Shown: positions 38,772 to 49,017, counted from the stretch's first letter. The stretch is 64,000 bases of DNA from Candidatus Cloacimonadales bacterium (GCA_963662655.2 CAXXTU010000002.1:3614423-3678422), one strand, 5' to 3'. Made by a program: numbers and translations. The notes: generated from the sequence alone by a model not told the origin.

Positions 38772-40508
38772 ATGAGCAGGATTTCTGGTATCTACAGCAA
38801 TAGAGTTATAACGAGCGCGGAGATCGAGAAGCTTCGGGGAACGCGCGCGGGACACGAGACGCACGAGATTGTGCGCGAGGGGTTCTACGCGATCCTTTCC
38901 GGCCTCCCGCCTCTTTGTACGTATTCCATACCGGATGAATCGGACGCACCCTGCTGCCTTGTCAGCGGTATCGCGATGGCCCGTTACGAGCCTGTGACGA
39001 TTTCCGACTGGCTTGCCAGGCTGTCAACTTCATCCGATCACCCCGACTTCGATGGGCAGTATTGCGGGATTCACTACGCAGACGGTACGTTGCGGATTTT
39101 CACTGACCACTTCAACAATCGACCCTTCTACGTGCTGAAGCGCAGCGACGCGATTTTCTTCTCCACGGAGTGGATGACGCTAAAGCCTTTCATGCAAAAC
39201 CCGAAGCTGGACATGAAGGCCGTGGGAAGCTACTGGCTGATGAACGGTCAATACGGCTACGATTCGTTCATTCAGGGGTTGCAACGCTCCGAACCGGCAT
39301 CGTTTTTTTCTATATCGAAGGATATGGATGTTCGCCACGAAGGAAAACGCTGGATCGGGATGGACCAGCCTGCCAGTGGGATCGATCTGAAAGCGGCCAT
39401 CGACACGACGGTCACGTCGTTCCTGAAAAGGGGTAAGGTCTCGCTCGGGATGAGCGGCGGAACCGATTCGCGCATGATGCTCGCCTTCTTCATGCAGCAT
39501 CCGGAGTTCCCCTGGCGCGTTCACACGTTCGGGGAACTGGACAACCCCGAGGTGGAGGTCGTGAGGGAACTATCCCGCGATATCGGATTCGAGCATCAGA
39601 TCGTCGATACCTGGAGCGATGTTCACCCGAGCGATCCACAGGAAATCTTCGCGCGATCGAAGTTCCTGGCTGCGCACACGGAGATGACGTACTCGATTCG
39701 CGCATTTCGGATGGTCTCGAACTTCAGCGAGGTGGCAAGAGACGGATCGATGGTCGTGGATGGCGACTACGGTTGCTTTATCCGTGACTATTTTCTCAAT
39801 GGGATCGATCTGCGACTGAAATTCGTTCCCCGGTCACAGCGCTACGACAAGCTTTTCCAGTTGCTGACCCTCCATCGTCCAAACTTCTTCGAGGATTCGC
39901 TTTACCGGGAAATGAAGCGGCAGGCAAAGGACGATTTCTACTCGCTTCCCGAAACGCTTCCCGAGTGGGACGGCAGGAACTATACCGATCTGATCGCGCT
40001 GCTCCACGCCTACTACCGCTACCCGAACCTGGTGAGAAACTGGAACATCGCTTTATCGATCGTGCCGCTCGTCAGTCCGCTGGGACAAGCGTCGCTCGTG
40101 CGGGAAATCCTTCGGATGCCAAAGAGGGAGCGCGCGAATTGCAGGCTGAGCTATCCCATGCTGCGAGAGCTGGCTCCGCAACTTGTCCGCTATCCGCTCG
40201 TGCGCAACGCGACGACGATCCCCTTCCAGGCGCACCGGAACTTCATCGTATCCGCCATGATCGCGGGTTACAAGATGAAAAAGGGATTCGGCTATCGCTC
40301 GAGGCGCACGGAATGGCAGTTGGGCAAGCTGCGTGAGATTGTGTTGAGTCTGGTTGATAGCGCTGCAGTGCGGGAATGCCCCTACTATGATTATCCCAAG
40401 GTGCGTAAAACGGTGACCGACTACTATCAAGCGCCCGGCGAAGCGCGCGGTTCGGTTTTAATGCAGTGGCTCGGATTCGAGCTTTTCCGCTCGCAGGTGG
40501 AGGATTGA
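38772..40508 (+). CDS. Asparagine-synthase-like (AsnB family) protein
   Basis: MSRISGI N-terminus (Ser in place of the Ntn Cys); FDGQYC..IFTDHFNNRPFY; PP-loop GMSGGTDSR; VVDGDYG. Confidence 0.8.
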   Translation: MSRISGIYSNRVITSAEIEKLRGTRAGHETHEIVREGFYAILSGLPPLCTYSIPDESDAPCCLVSGIAMARYEPVTISDWLARLSTSSDHPDFDGQYCGIHYADGTLRIFTDHFNNRPFYVLKRSDAIFFSTEWMTLKPFMQNPKLDMKAVGSYWLMNGQYGYDSFIQGLQRSEPASFFSISKDMDVRHEGKRWIGMDQPASGIDLKAAIDTTVTSFLKRGKVSLGMSGGTDSRMMLAFFMQHPEFPWRVHTFGELDNPEVEVVRELSRDIGFEHQIVDTWSDVHPSDPQEIFARSKFLAAHTEMTYSIRAFRMVSNFSEVARDGSMVVDGDYGCFIRDYFLNGIDLRLKFVPRSQRYDKLFQLLTLHRPNFFEDSLYREMKRQAKDDFYSLPETLPEWDGRNYTDLIALLHAYYRYPNLVRNWNIALSIVPLVSPLGQASLVREILRMPKRERANCRLSYPMLRELAPQLVRYPLVRNATTIPFQAHRNFIVSAMIAGYKMKKGFGYRSRRTEWQLGKLREIVLSLVDSAAVRECPYYDYPKVRKTVTDYYQAPGEARGSVLMQWLGFELFRSQVED

Positions 40509-40509
40509 T

Positions 40510-41364
40510 TTAACCGAGCTCGAAGCTTGTAACGCCGTAGATTCCCCTGTATTCAAGCTTGGGCGATTCTTTCGTGTACATCCTCGCGGTTTCGAAGACC
40601 ACCCTCATATCATTCTCTTCCACAAGTTGCAGTGCATCGGGATTTGTTTCGGGGATATCGAGGTAGAAGGTCTCACCGATGCCGAGACTACCAACCAGCG
40701 TATGGAAGAGCTCTCGAGCGATCATGCCGTTATTGGCGAACAACGGGCCGATCTTGTGGCCTGCTCGGCAGCTTCGGATCACGCCGTAACCGGTAAGCTT
40801 GCCTCCGTCCACGATTCCCAGCGCGGTGCCGTTGGGCTGCGTGATCCATGCCCGAAGGAATGCATCGCGCTCCTCGAAGAAGAAGCGGCGGTCGTAATCT
40901 CTTACGCTCTCGAAGGGAACAGTGGCGAGCTGAGCGATTCCGCTTTCACTTAGGGGTGTTGTCGATTTACGCACGCCTTCGTAGCGGATGTTGCGGTACG
41001 CCAGTTTGAATCCGAGCTTCCGGTAATTCGCCTGTTGCTCCACAACGCCATCCAGGCCGATGTTGCGTCCGGCAAGACGATCCAGTCCAGCTCTGAGAAT
41101 CGGGAATCCATAACCTTTGCCCCGGAACTCCGGCTTGACGATGAAGAATCCGACAAATCCGTAGGTGGATCCGTATTTCACGACGGAGATGGTCGCGACG
41201 GGATTTCCATCGACCGATCCCATCAGGAAACCTTCGGGATCGGCGGCGTAGAAGCTCACGGCATCGGTAATCCCGGGGTTCCAGCCCTCGCTCGCCGCCC
41301 AATCGATGGCAAGATCGATTTCGCTCCGGCTCATGGTTCGGATGCGGTACTCGTCTGATTGCAT
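40510..41364 (-). CDS. Tandem GNAT N-acetyltransferase (YitH-like)
   Basis: WAASEGWNPG; FIVKPEFRGKGYG; KIGPLFA; VFETARMY; GVTSFELG. Confidence 0.88.
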   Translation of the reverse strand: MQSDEYRIRTMSRSEIDLAIDWAASEGWNPGITDAVSFYAADPEGFLMGSVDGNPVATISVVKYGSTYGFVGFFIVKPEFRGKGYGFPILRAGLDRLAGRNIGLDGVVEQQANYRKLGFKLAYRNIRYEGVRKSTTPLSESGIAQLATVPFESVRDYDRRFFFEERDAFLRAWITQPNGTALGIVDGGKLTGYGVIRSCRAGHKIGPLFANNGMIARELFHTLVGSLGIGETFYLDIPETNPDALQLVEENDMRVVFETARMYTKESPKLEYRGIYGVTSFELG

Positions 41365-41521
41365 AATCTCTCCTTGCTGATTCGGTAGCGGATAATTGCT
41401 GTAGCGATCGCAGTTGTAAAGGAAATTATCGTCCCGATCAACTCACCAGTGTAGCGTGCGATGTTCTCGGGGGATACGTTTTGAAAATGTATTAACGAAC
41501 AGGATTGACAGGAAAAATGAT

Positions 41522-41551
41522 TTGACAACCACTTTTTACTTAACCTTTTAT
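41522..41551 (+). promoter_or_regulatory. Probable sigma70-type promoter of sat-cysC
   Basis: TTGACA-N18-TTTTAT(GCGA), the same geometry as the tRNA promoter. Confidence 0.5.
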
Positions 41552-41617
41552 GCGAAACAACGATAACACGATGTTCGCTTATATGTTTATCACAAAGAAA
41601 ATATAAAGGAGACAACC

Positions 41618-43501
41618 TTGAAAACATCAGTATTACCCCCGCACGGAGGCAAGGGTTTAATCGACCGTATGATGCCTGAATTCGAAAGGGATTCGATTCT
41701 GGCGCAAGCTTCGAAATTGAAATCGTATACCATCAGCGACGCGGATCTATCCATGTTTTACCGCATAGCCGACGGCGCGCTCTCGCCGCTCGAGGGACCC
41801 ATGAAGCAGGACGAGTTCAACCGCGTTCTGGAAGAGGAAGTCATCGAGCGCGACGGGAAGAAGTACGCCTGGACGATCCCGGTGGCTTTCCCCGTTAGCA
41901 AGTCGGACGCGGACCAATACACCGTCGGTAACAAGATCGTCGTCAAGACCGAGCAAGGCGTTGTTGCCGGACTGCTCCAGGTCGAGGACATCTATAAATT
42001 CGATAAGGAATATTACAATCTGAAGGTCTACGGAACCGACCGCGAGGACCACCCGGGTCCGCGGATCGTGAACGAAGACCCGCGCGACTATCTGCTCGGT
42101 GGAAAAATCTGGGCGCTCCCGCAATTGCAGAAGAAAACATACGATAAATACATGCTTTCACCCATCCAGACACGCTCGCTGTTCAAGGAGCGGGGATGGG
42201 ATCGAACCGTTGCCTTCCAGACGCGTAACGCTTTGCATCGCGCGCATGAATACGCCATCGTTTGGGGCGTGGAGAAGCTCACCCGTGAAGGTTACTTCAC
42301 CGGAGCGGTGCTCAATCCGCTCGTCGGCGCGACCAAGCAGGACGACGTTCCCGCCGATGTCCGCATGGAAACCTACGAAGCGCTTTTAAAGAACCGCGCG
42401 CTGGGCGAAGGCGACTTCGATGAAGCACTCTGGAAGGATATGGGCTATACGCTCGCGGATCAGCTCGTGCTGATCGGCCTGGATGTGAAGATGTTCTACG
42501 CCGGCCCCAAAGAGGCGATCATGCACGCCATTTATCGCCAGAACTACGGTTTCAGCGATATCATTATCGGGCGCAAGCACGCGGATGCTCCGTTCGACGA
42601 CGGCGCGCCGGCATGGGGCGATTTCGACGCGCACGAGAAGTTCGACACACTCCCGGGCGAGCTCAAGATTCAGCCGGTGAAAGTTGGATTTGCCGCCTAC
42701 TTCGAGGAGCTTGGCAAGGTTGCGCTCATTGAGGAGAACAAGGACAAGGGATACCACACGATCTCCATCGCCGGGAAAGTTCTGCGCCAGAAATTGCAGA
42801 ATCAGGAGCCGGTCGACGGGCGGGTGATGCGTAAACCGGTTGCCGATATCCTCACCGATTTCTATCAGGAACAGGCACGCCAGGAGAAGAAGGAGATCAA
42901 GAGCACCAACATCACCTGGCACCAGAGCGGAATCTCCAAAACCGATCGCGAAAAACGCAACCATCACCGCGGCGTCGTTATCTGGCTGACTGGACTATCC
43001 GGCAGCGGGAAATCGACCATCGCGATGCATCTGCAATCGGTGCTTTTCGAGATGGGATGCCATACCTACGTGCTGGACGGCGACAACATACGCCACGGCT
43101 TGAACAGGAACCTCGGATTCTCGCCGGAAGATCGCGACGAGAACATCCGCCGCATCGGCGAGGTTGCAAAGCTCTTCGCCGACGCCGGAACCATCGTCAT
43201 CACCGCGTTCATCTCGCCGTATCGCCAGGGGCGCGATGAGGCACGTTACCTTCTGGAACGAAACGATTTCTTTGAAGTCTACGTAAATGCGCCGGTTCCC
43301 GTGTGTGAACACCGCGATCCCAAGGGGCTCTACAAAAAAGCACGCCAGGGGATCATCAAGGAATTCACTGGCATTTCGGCGCCTTACGAGGAGCCGGAGA
43401 ATCCGGAGATTGTACTCGATACCGAGCGCTTCACCGTAGAAGAATGCACGCAGCAGATTCTGCAAAAGCTCGCCGAGAAAAAGGTGATCAAGAAGAACTA
43501 A
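41618..43501 (+). CDS. sat-cysC: Bifunctional sulfate adenylyltransferase / adenylyl-sulfate kinase (PAPS synthetase)
   Basis: [48 protein letters not shown]; then [35 protein letters not shown] start after AAGGAG. Confidence 0.95.
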   Translation: MKTSVLPPHGGKGLIDRMMPEFERDSILAQASKLKSYTISDADLSMFYRIADGALSPLEGPMKQDEFNRVLEEEVIERDGKKYAWTIPVAFPVSKSDADQYTVGNKIVVKTEQGVVAGLLQVEDIYKFDKEYYNLKVYGTDREDHPGPRIVNEDPRDYLLGGKIWALPQLQKKTYDKYMLSPIQTRSLFKERGWDRTVAFQTRNALHRAHEYAIVWGVEKLTREGYFTGAVLNPLVGATKQDDVPADVRMETYEALLKNRALGEGDFDEALWKDMGYTLADQLVLIGLDVKMFYAGPKEAIMHAIYRQNYGFSDIIIGRKHADAPFDDGAPAWGDFDAHEKFDTLPGELKIQPVKVGFAAYFEELGKVALIEENKDKGYHTISIAGKVLRQKLQNQEPVDGRVMRKPVADILTDFYQEQARQEKKEIKSTNITWHQSGISKTDREKRNHHRGVVIWLTGLSGSGKSTIAMHLQSVLFEMGCHTYVLDGDNIRHGLNRNLGFSPEDRDENIRRIGEVAKLFADAGTIVITAFISPYRQGRDEARYLLERNDFFEVYVNAPVPVCEHRDPKGLYKKARQGIIKEFTGISAPYEEPENPEIVLDTERFTVEECTQQILQKLAEKKVIKKN

Positions 43502-43519
43502 ACGATATACGACATAAAG

Positions 43520-43549
43520 AAAACCGCCTGAGATTCCTCGGGCGGTTTT
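43520..43549. terminator. Bidirectional intrinsic terminator (copy 1)
   Basis: AAAACCGCCTGAG-ATTC-CTCGGGCGGTTTT between convergent genes. Confidence 0.8.
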
Positions 43550-43606
43550 GCTTTCAGATTCAAATTCCTTTCGATAACTTTCCGTTGAAGCTGAAGCGGT
43601 AAGCTA

Positions 43607-44950
43607 TCAATATTCAACGGAGATGCGATAAAAGCGCTTCGATTGATGCGACTCGGCATGATCGAAGAACAGCTCATCCGTTGTGCCAACCAACTGATAC
43701 CCGCCATTTGGCCGATCGGACACATAAACTTTGTAGGACAATGCCGATTCAACCTCATCCCATGCAAGATGCACTCCCGTAGAAGTCAAATTCATTGCTG
43801 GAGTCATATTAATTGCAAGTGGGGTTACAGACGCATGTTTCATTTGCACGCCTGAACTTGTTCCTTTGAGCATGATCAGGCTTCCGTTTTCAAGGCGATT
43901 GATATAATCCGGTTTCCAGCCGATGTCGCCCCAATCGAGAATCGATCCGTCGAGACGATCCCTGATTTCGTATGCCGTGTTGTTGCCATACCCGTCAAAA
44001 TAAACCGTATAGTGGCTGAAGCAGCAGGAAGGTTTTGCGGGACGCCGAAGGTGGGTCTCAGCGGACGACCAGATTAATTCCCAATTAAGTGAGTATTCTC
44101 TGATTCCAGATTGTCCCCATGACAGTGTCACACTCTCCGGCTCAGCAGGATAATGATCCGATACAGGGAAGCTTCCAGTATAATTAGGGAAATCCCCTGA
44201 GACTCCCACTGCATGAAGAAAGGACTCATAATACTCAGGCCCAGACCAATCTGTTAAATAATACCACCCATACGTGACGGCTGGGCAGGTAGGCACATCA
44301 CCGGTTATAATACAGGCGGACCGGTCATTATAGCTACTGAGAGATGGAGTGTTATCCTCTATATGTATCATTGTCAGATGCTGCCCATCGTCTGTAAACC
44401 ATGGATAATCAGGCGGTTCCAAGCTTTCATAACGATAAAAACAACCTGTTGGTATGCACAGAACAACATCATCGACTCCCTCGCTGTATGTTGCAACTGG
44501 TTGCTGCAGGGTAACGGTGTATTTGCATGATTCATTGTTATTCCATGTTTTGCATATAATTGATTGATCAAACGAACAGGTATTCATAGAATAAATATCA
44601 GCGTAGTAAGATGTCGAATTCTCATTCGGGCCTCCTACAGTACGACTTACCACCAGATATCCGGCACCGTCATACTCGTAGTAGGTCATCTTCTGATCTG
44701 AACCGGTTGCATGCTTGGTTAGTGAATACGTTTCGATGAAACTGCCTTCTGTGTCATATACACTTACGTATACACTGGAGTATGTCTGAGAATAGACGAG
44801 GATACGTTCATCGCCCTGGTAGTTTTTCAGCTCCGAGAAAGAATAAGTTCCGCTGGTAATGGGTATCGTGCTATAATCATCAAAATGCATCGATTGTGCC
44901 GACAACTGCATGATTACAAGAAGAAGGGAAAATACCGTAAGAGTTCTCAT
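43607..44950 (-). CDS. Secreted hypothetical protein with a short FN3-like C-terminal domain
   Basis: Signal peptide; paralogue of 45119-46633; ends LAWDEVESALSYKVYVSD...RFYRISVEY. Confidence 0.8.
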   Translation of the reverse strand: MRTLTVFSLLLVIMQLSAQSMHFDDYSTIPITSGTYSFSELKNYQGDERILVYSQTYSSVYVSVYDTEGSFIETYSLTKHATGSDQKMTYYEYDGAGYLVVSRTVGGPNENSTSYYADIYSMNTCSFDQSIICKTWNNNESCKYTVTLQQPVATYSEGVDDVVLCIPTGCFYRYESLEPPDYPWFTDDGQHLTMIHIEDNTPSLSSYNDRSACIITGDVPTCPAVTYGWYYLTDWSGPEYYESFLHAVGVSGDFPNYTGSFPVSDHYPAEPESVTLSWGQSGIREYSLNWELIWSSAETHLRRPAKPSCCFSHYTVYFDGYGNNTAYEIRDRLDGSILDWGDIGWKPDYINRLENGSLIMLKGTSSGVQMKHASVTPLAINMTPAMNLTSTGVHLAWDEVESALSYKVYVSDRPNGGYQLVGTTDELFFDHAESHQSKRFYRISVEY

Positions 44951-45071
44951 GAATCCTCCTCATTTAATGAATAGGTTATCACATACAAGTATAGCATGTC
45001 AAGTATTTTAATAAAAGTATGTAAAGCATTGGGTGTCCACAGACAAGTTGGTGGTCATTCGTAATATAAAG

Positions 45072-45101
45072 AAAACCGCCCGAGATTTCCCGGGCGGTTT
45101 T
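45072..45101. terminator. Intrinsic terminator (copy 2, near-identical to copy 1)
   Basis: AAAACCGCCCGAGATTTCCCGGGCGGTTTT. Confidence 0.8.
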
Positions 45102-45118
45102 GCGTATGCACAAACGGA

Positions 45119-46633
45119 CTATTTCAATAGCAACATCTTGTTTATCACGGAACTGCTTGCGTTTTCAAGGCGATAGAAGTAGATTCCCGAGGAAACGGGA
45201 TTTCCGTTCCGGTCTTCTCCGTTCCAGATCGCTTCATGATTTCCGGCCGAGGCGTACTCGTTCTTCAGGGTTTTCACAAGCTGACCTTTTGTGTTGTATA
45301 TTTTTAGCGACATCTCGCCGTCTTCCGGTATGCTGTAGGTTATGGTTGTCGTTGGGTTGAACGGATTTGGGAAGTTGCTGGCAGCCATCTCAAACACAGG
45401 GCTTTCGGCGGGGGCATCCCCGGATTGAGTTCTCGGGGCTGCATGCCATACCTCGATTCCGTTATCCGTATTTCGAAGCATCACCATCGACTGGTCTTCC
45501 AGCCTGTTGATGTAATCCGGAGTCCAGCCGTGATTGTATCCCCAAGAAAGGATCGAGCCGTCGAGGCGATTTCTAATCTCGTAGCCGGAGTCATCCTCTC
45601 CATAGTAAAGGGTATAAGGAGTATTTTCCTCATCGAAGAAGCAGCATGACAGGCCAAGTGCTTGCCCGATATTGGTTTCCGCGCTTTCCCAGATTACTTC
45701 TCCCGCGAGGTTTCGTTCGCTGATGGTGTAATTACCGTGTATGTCACAGCACCCCATCGTAAAGCTCTCCGGCTCGGATGGGTAGTGGTCGGATATTAGC
45801 GTAAACGGACTGATGAATTCATAACTTTGAAACATTGTCTGGTCAATAATGAGATCATTAGCCCACAGCTTCCTATTAGAGAAGAAAACCTCTCCCTGTG
45901 AATAAAAGTGGGTAAAGCCGGATGTGATGCGTGGATATCCTGCAATTGCGCCGGATGTGATGATTGATGAAGTTTGGGAAGAGAATGAGGATGTGAAAGC
46001 ATCATCTTCTACGATGATATTGTACATGATAGTAGAGTTCGTGTAACTCCATTCATCTTCGCTATGGTATTTATACTTACTCTCTGTATGAAAAGGTATT
46101 GTTAGCATGACTTCGTTGAAGCCGTATCCATAGCTTGTCACCGGTTGTTGAACATGGGCTGAATCGATAACCGTTCCAGACCAGACTGGATTGTCTTCAT
46201 GGGAGAATAAAGTGCCAATGTTTCGAGCAAAAATGTTTTCTCCAGTCGAAACTTCGTACGTAAAAGCAATCAAATATGTGTATTGGGTCCATCCGTCACC
46301 TTCGAAATTCATTTGACCCTGATGAACATGGTTTGTGAGCAGATATCCTTCGCCATCATACTCGTAGTAGCTCATCATCCGGTCGGTTGTACTGTCCTCG
46401 GCAGCGATGGTAATCACGTCGATGCTATTGCCGTAGATGTCGTACACATTAATGAACAGGTTTTCCGGAGTATGCGAATACACCAGAATTCTGTCCTCGC
46501 CCTGAAAGTTTTTCATTTCGGCATAAGAATAAGCGCTGTTATCGATGGTGATGGTTTCGTGTTGCGTGAACTGCATCTGTGCTGATAGCGTGACTGCGAG
46601 ATAAAGAATTACAAGAGTAATGGCTGCGCGCAT
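45119..46633 (-). CDS. Secreted hypothetical protein with FlgD-Ig/T9SS-like CTD
   Basis: Signal peptide MRAAITLVILYLAVTLSA; NFPNPFNPTTTI...IYNTKGQLVK...KMLLLK. Confidence 0.85.
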   Translation of the reverse strand: MRAAITLVILYLAVTLSAQMQFTQHETITIDNSAYSYAEMKNFQGEDRILVYSHTPENLFINVYDIYGNSIDVITIAAEDSTTDRMMSYYEYDGEGYLLTNHVHQGQMNFEGDGWTQYTYLIAFTYEVSTGENIFARNIGTLFSHEDNPVWSGTVIDSAHVQQPVTSYGYGFNEVMLTIPFHTESKYKYHSEDEWSYTNSTIMYNIIVEDDAFTSSFSSQTSSIITSGAIAGYPRITSGFTHFYSQGEVFFSNRKLWANDLIIDQTMFQSYEFISPFTLISDHYPSEPESFTMGCCDIHGNYTISERNLAGEVIWESAETNIGQALGLSCCFFDEENTPYTLYYGEDDSGYEIRNRLDGSILSWGYNHGWTPDYINRLEDQSMVMLRNTDNGIEVWHAAPRTQSGDAPAESPVFEMAASNFPNPFNPTTTITYSIPEDGEMSLKIYNTKGQLVKTLKNEYASAGNHEAIWNGEDRNGNPVSSGIYFYRLENASSSVINKMLLLK

Positions 46634-46769
46634 AATTCCTCCCATGTTCTAGCAAGATTTAAAGATGAACCCTAGGAAAAGTCAAGATTATTTTTGGAAA
46701 GGAATGAATTTTAAATTAACCGGTAATGATATATATATGTCGATTGATGCCCAGTATAGCTTCTACACC

Positions 46770-47531
46770 CTAAACAAGGATATTTTGCAGGACGTGCTCC
46801 AGCTTATCCACGGCCACACGGGTGTTAATGCAGGGACCTTCGGGGCGATCGTTGAGGAGTCCGTAAACCGGAATCGGGAAGGCATCGTGGATACCGTCGA
46901 CCAGATCTCTCTGGCAAGCCACGGCGATGATGAACTTGGGTCGCTTCTTGATGATGATTCTTCTGGCCAGTGTACCGCCGGTGGCGATCTCCACCGCAAC
47001 GCCGTACTCGTTCGCGATTCGCTTTAACTCGGCGATGTCGCACTTGCCGCACTCGGCGCAAAGCTTGATATCGTTGGTAATGCGTATGTTACAGTTGGTA
47101 AACTGCAAGCAATGGGGCAGAAGAACCAATACTTCAGAAGGTTTGTATTTCGGCTTCTGTGCCTTGGTGAGGGCGTTGTTGACGTGGACATACGAGTCGC
47201 GCACACGATCCTTTGAAATCCCAGCCATTCTCCCGAGAAGCACGGTGAAGGGAAACAGGAACAGGGTGGCGAGTCGCACGGCAAAGCGCGCGATGTTGAT
47301 GTTTCTTTCCAGGTAGCTGGTGAGAAGCATCAGCAAGATGCCCAATATTACCACCAAATAGAAAACGCGTAGCGCCGTGAGGGTGGTGAAGGCCAGCCAG
47401 TGGCTGATTTCATGCAGCCTGGGCGATATGAACCACCACAGAAGTGTCGTGAGTGCCATTGCCAGAATCAGGCTGAACACAGCCAGAATCAGGAACAGGT
47501 GTTTATCTCTCGTACCGATTTCAATCGGCAT
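46770..47531 (-). CDS. DUF116-family membrane protein
   Basis: LLPHCLQ, CAECGKC, IATGGTLAR, AVACQRDL, NDRPEGPCINT; directly after fmt. Confidence 0.88.
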   Translation of the reverse strand: MPIEIGTRDKHLFLILAVFSLILAMALTTLLWWFISPRLHEISHWLAFTTLTALRVFYLVVILGILLMLLTSYLERNINIARFAVRLATLFLFPFTVLLGRMAGISKDRVRDSYVHVNNALTKAQKPKYKPSEVLVLLPHCLQFTNCNIRITNDIKLCAECGKCDIAELKRIANEYGVAVEIATGGTLARRIIIKKRPKFIIAVACQRDLVDGIHDAFPIPVYGLLNDRPEGPCINTRVAVDKLEHVLQNILV

Positions 47532-48489
47532 GGCCGAACCTTTCTCCTGCCTTGATATGTGCGCCCAAGTGATACGCCCAGGCGGACATGATTTTTTTTC
47601 CAGCCGGCTGTACCTCCGCGACAAACAACTGCCGGTCGCCGGTATTGATTTTGATGCCCCGGTTTTTCACAAGTTCCGTGATCGTTCCGGGAAGTCCGCT
47701 CGATGGCTCTTCGAGGACCTCGGTGCGGATGATTTTGATCGGACTCTCGCGGAAGCCTGTCATCGCGCCGGGCAGCAAAGCAAGCGAGCGTACCTTGTTG
47801 TGTATGCTCTGAGCGGGATGCGCCCAGTCGATAACCGTATCCTCTTTCTCGATCTTTCCGCAGAAGACGGCTTGTGAATGGTCTTGTCTGATTTCCGTGA
47901 TCGTCCCTTCCTGAAGCATTTCGAGGGTGCAGATGATATCCGCTCCGCCCATTTCCGCCAGACGATCCTGAAGCTCTGTGTAGCATTCTTGGGGATCGAT
48001 CCCAACTTTGCGCTGGTAGAGGATCGGGCCGGCGTCCATCTTGCGCGTCAAGCGGAAGATGGTGTTTCCGGTCACGGTATCGCCATGAAGAAGCGCCGCG
48101 CTCACCGGGCTCGATCCACGGTAGAGCGGCAACAGTGACGGATGCAGGTTGAGGCAGCCGAAAGTGGGAAGTTCGCGTAATGTTTTCCCGAGGAATTCGC
48201 CATACGCAGCCGTCACGATCACATGCGGATTGACTGCCGCGATCGCTTCAACTGCGTCGGGGCTATTGATATTCTCCGGTTGGACGACCGGTATTCCGAT
48301 TTCCATCGCTCTGACCTTCACCGGCGGAGGCGATAGCTTCCGGTTTCGTCCTTTGGGACGATCAGGTTGCGTCACGACCAGCGTTGGTTTGAACGTGCTT
48401 TCGATAAGCTGTTGGAGCGCCGGAACCGCAAACTCCGGCGTCCCCATAAAAACGATATTACGAATCGAACTTTCTGATGTTAACGCCAT
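47521..48489 (-). CDS. fmt: Methionyl-tRNA formyltransferase
   Basis: IVFMGTPEFA, VVTQPDRP, NLHPSLLPLYRG, MDAGPI. Confidence 0.97.
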   Translation of the reverse strand: MALTSESSIRNIVFMGTPEFAVPALQQLIESTFKPTLVVTQPDRPKGRNRKLSPPPVKVRAMEIGIPVVQPENINSPDAVEAIAAVNPHVIVTAAYGEFLGKTLRELPTFGCLNLHPSLLPLYRGSSPVSAALLHGDTVTGNTIFRLTRKMDAGPILYQRKVGIDPQECYTELQDRLAEMGGADIICTLEMLQEGTITEIRQDHSQAVFCGKIEKEDTVIDWAHPAQSIHNKVRSLALLPGAMTGFRESPIKIIRTEVLEEPSSGLPGTITELVKNRGIKINTGDRQLFVAEVQPAGKKIMSAWAYHLGAHIKAGERFGHAD

Positions 48490-49015
48490 TTTCGTCGGTA
48501 CTTTGCTCCAGCTCGCGGATTCTCTTTTTCCAGGGGAGAATCTTCAGCTTGTTGACGCGATCCACGAAAAGGACGCCGTCAAGATGGTCGTATTCGTGCT
48601 GAAGAACCGTGGAAAAGTAGTCTTCCGCTTCGTAAACCTGCATCTCACCTTTTTCGTTCATGGATTCGATGGCGACTTTCCCCGGGCGCTTGACTTTTTC
48701 GAAGATTCCCGGGAGACTCAGGCACCCCTCTTCGTACACGAACGATCCCTCGCTTTCGGTGATGCGTGGATTGATCATGACGATGGGCTTCCTCACCTTC
48801 GTTTCGTAGAAGAACGGATCGACCACGAAGATGCGGACGGATCTGCCCACTTGGGGCGCTGCGAGTCCAACGCCGTCGTAGGTGTACATCGTTTCGGTGA
48901 GATCCTGGATGAAATCTCTGAGTTCCTCCGTGATCTCTTCGACGGGCTCTGCCTTCTGCCGCAGAATTTTGTCTCCGATTAACCGGATATCAAGCAATTG
49001 CGGTTTCCGTTTCAT
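48458..49015 (-). CDS. def: Peptide deformylase
   Basis: GVGLAAPQVG, EGCLS, QHEYDHLDG. Confidence 0.98.
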   Translation of the reverse strand: MKRKPQLLDIRLIGDKILRQKAEPVEEITEELRDFIQDLTETMYTYDGVGLAAPQVGRSVRIFVVDPFFYETKVRKPIVMINPRITESEGSFVYEEGCLSLPGIFEKVKRPGKVAIESMNEKGEMQVYEAEDYFSTVLQHEYDHLDGVLFVDRVNKLKILPWKKRIRELEQSTDENGVNIRKFDS

Positions 49016-49017
49016 GG

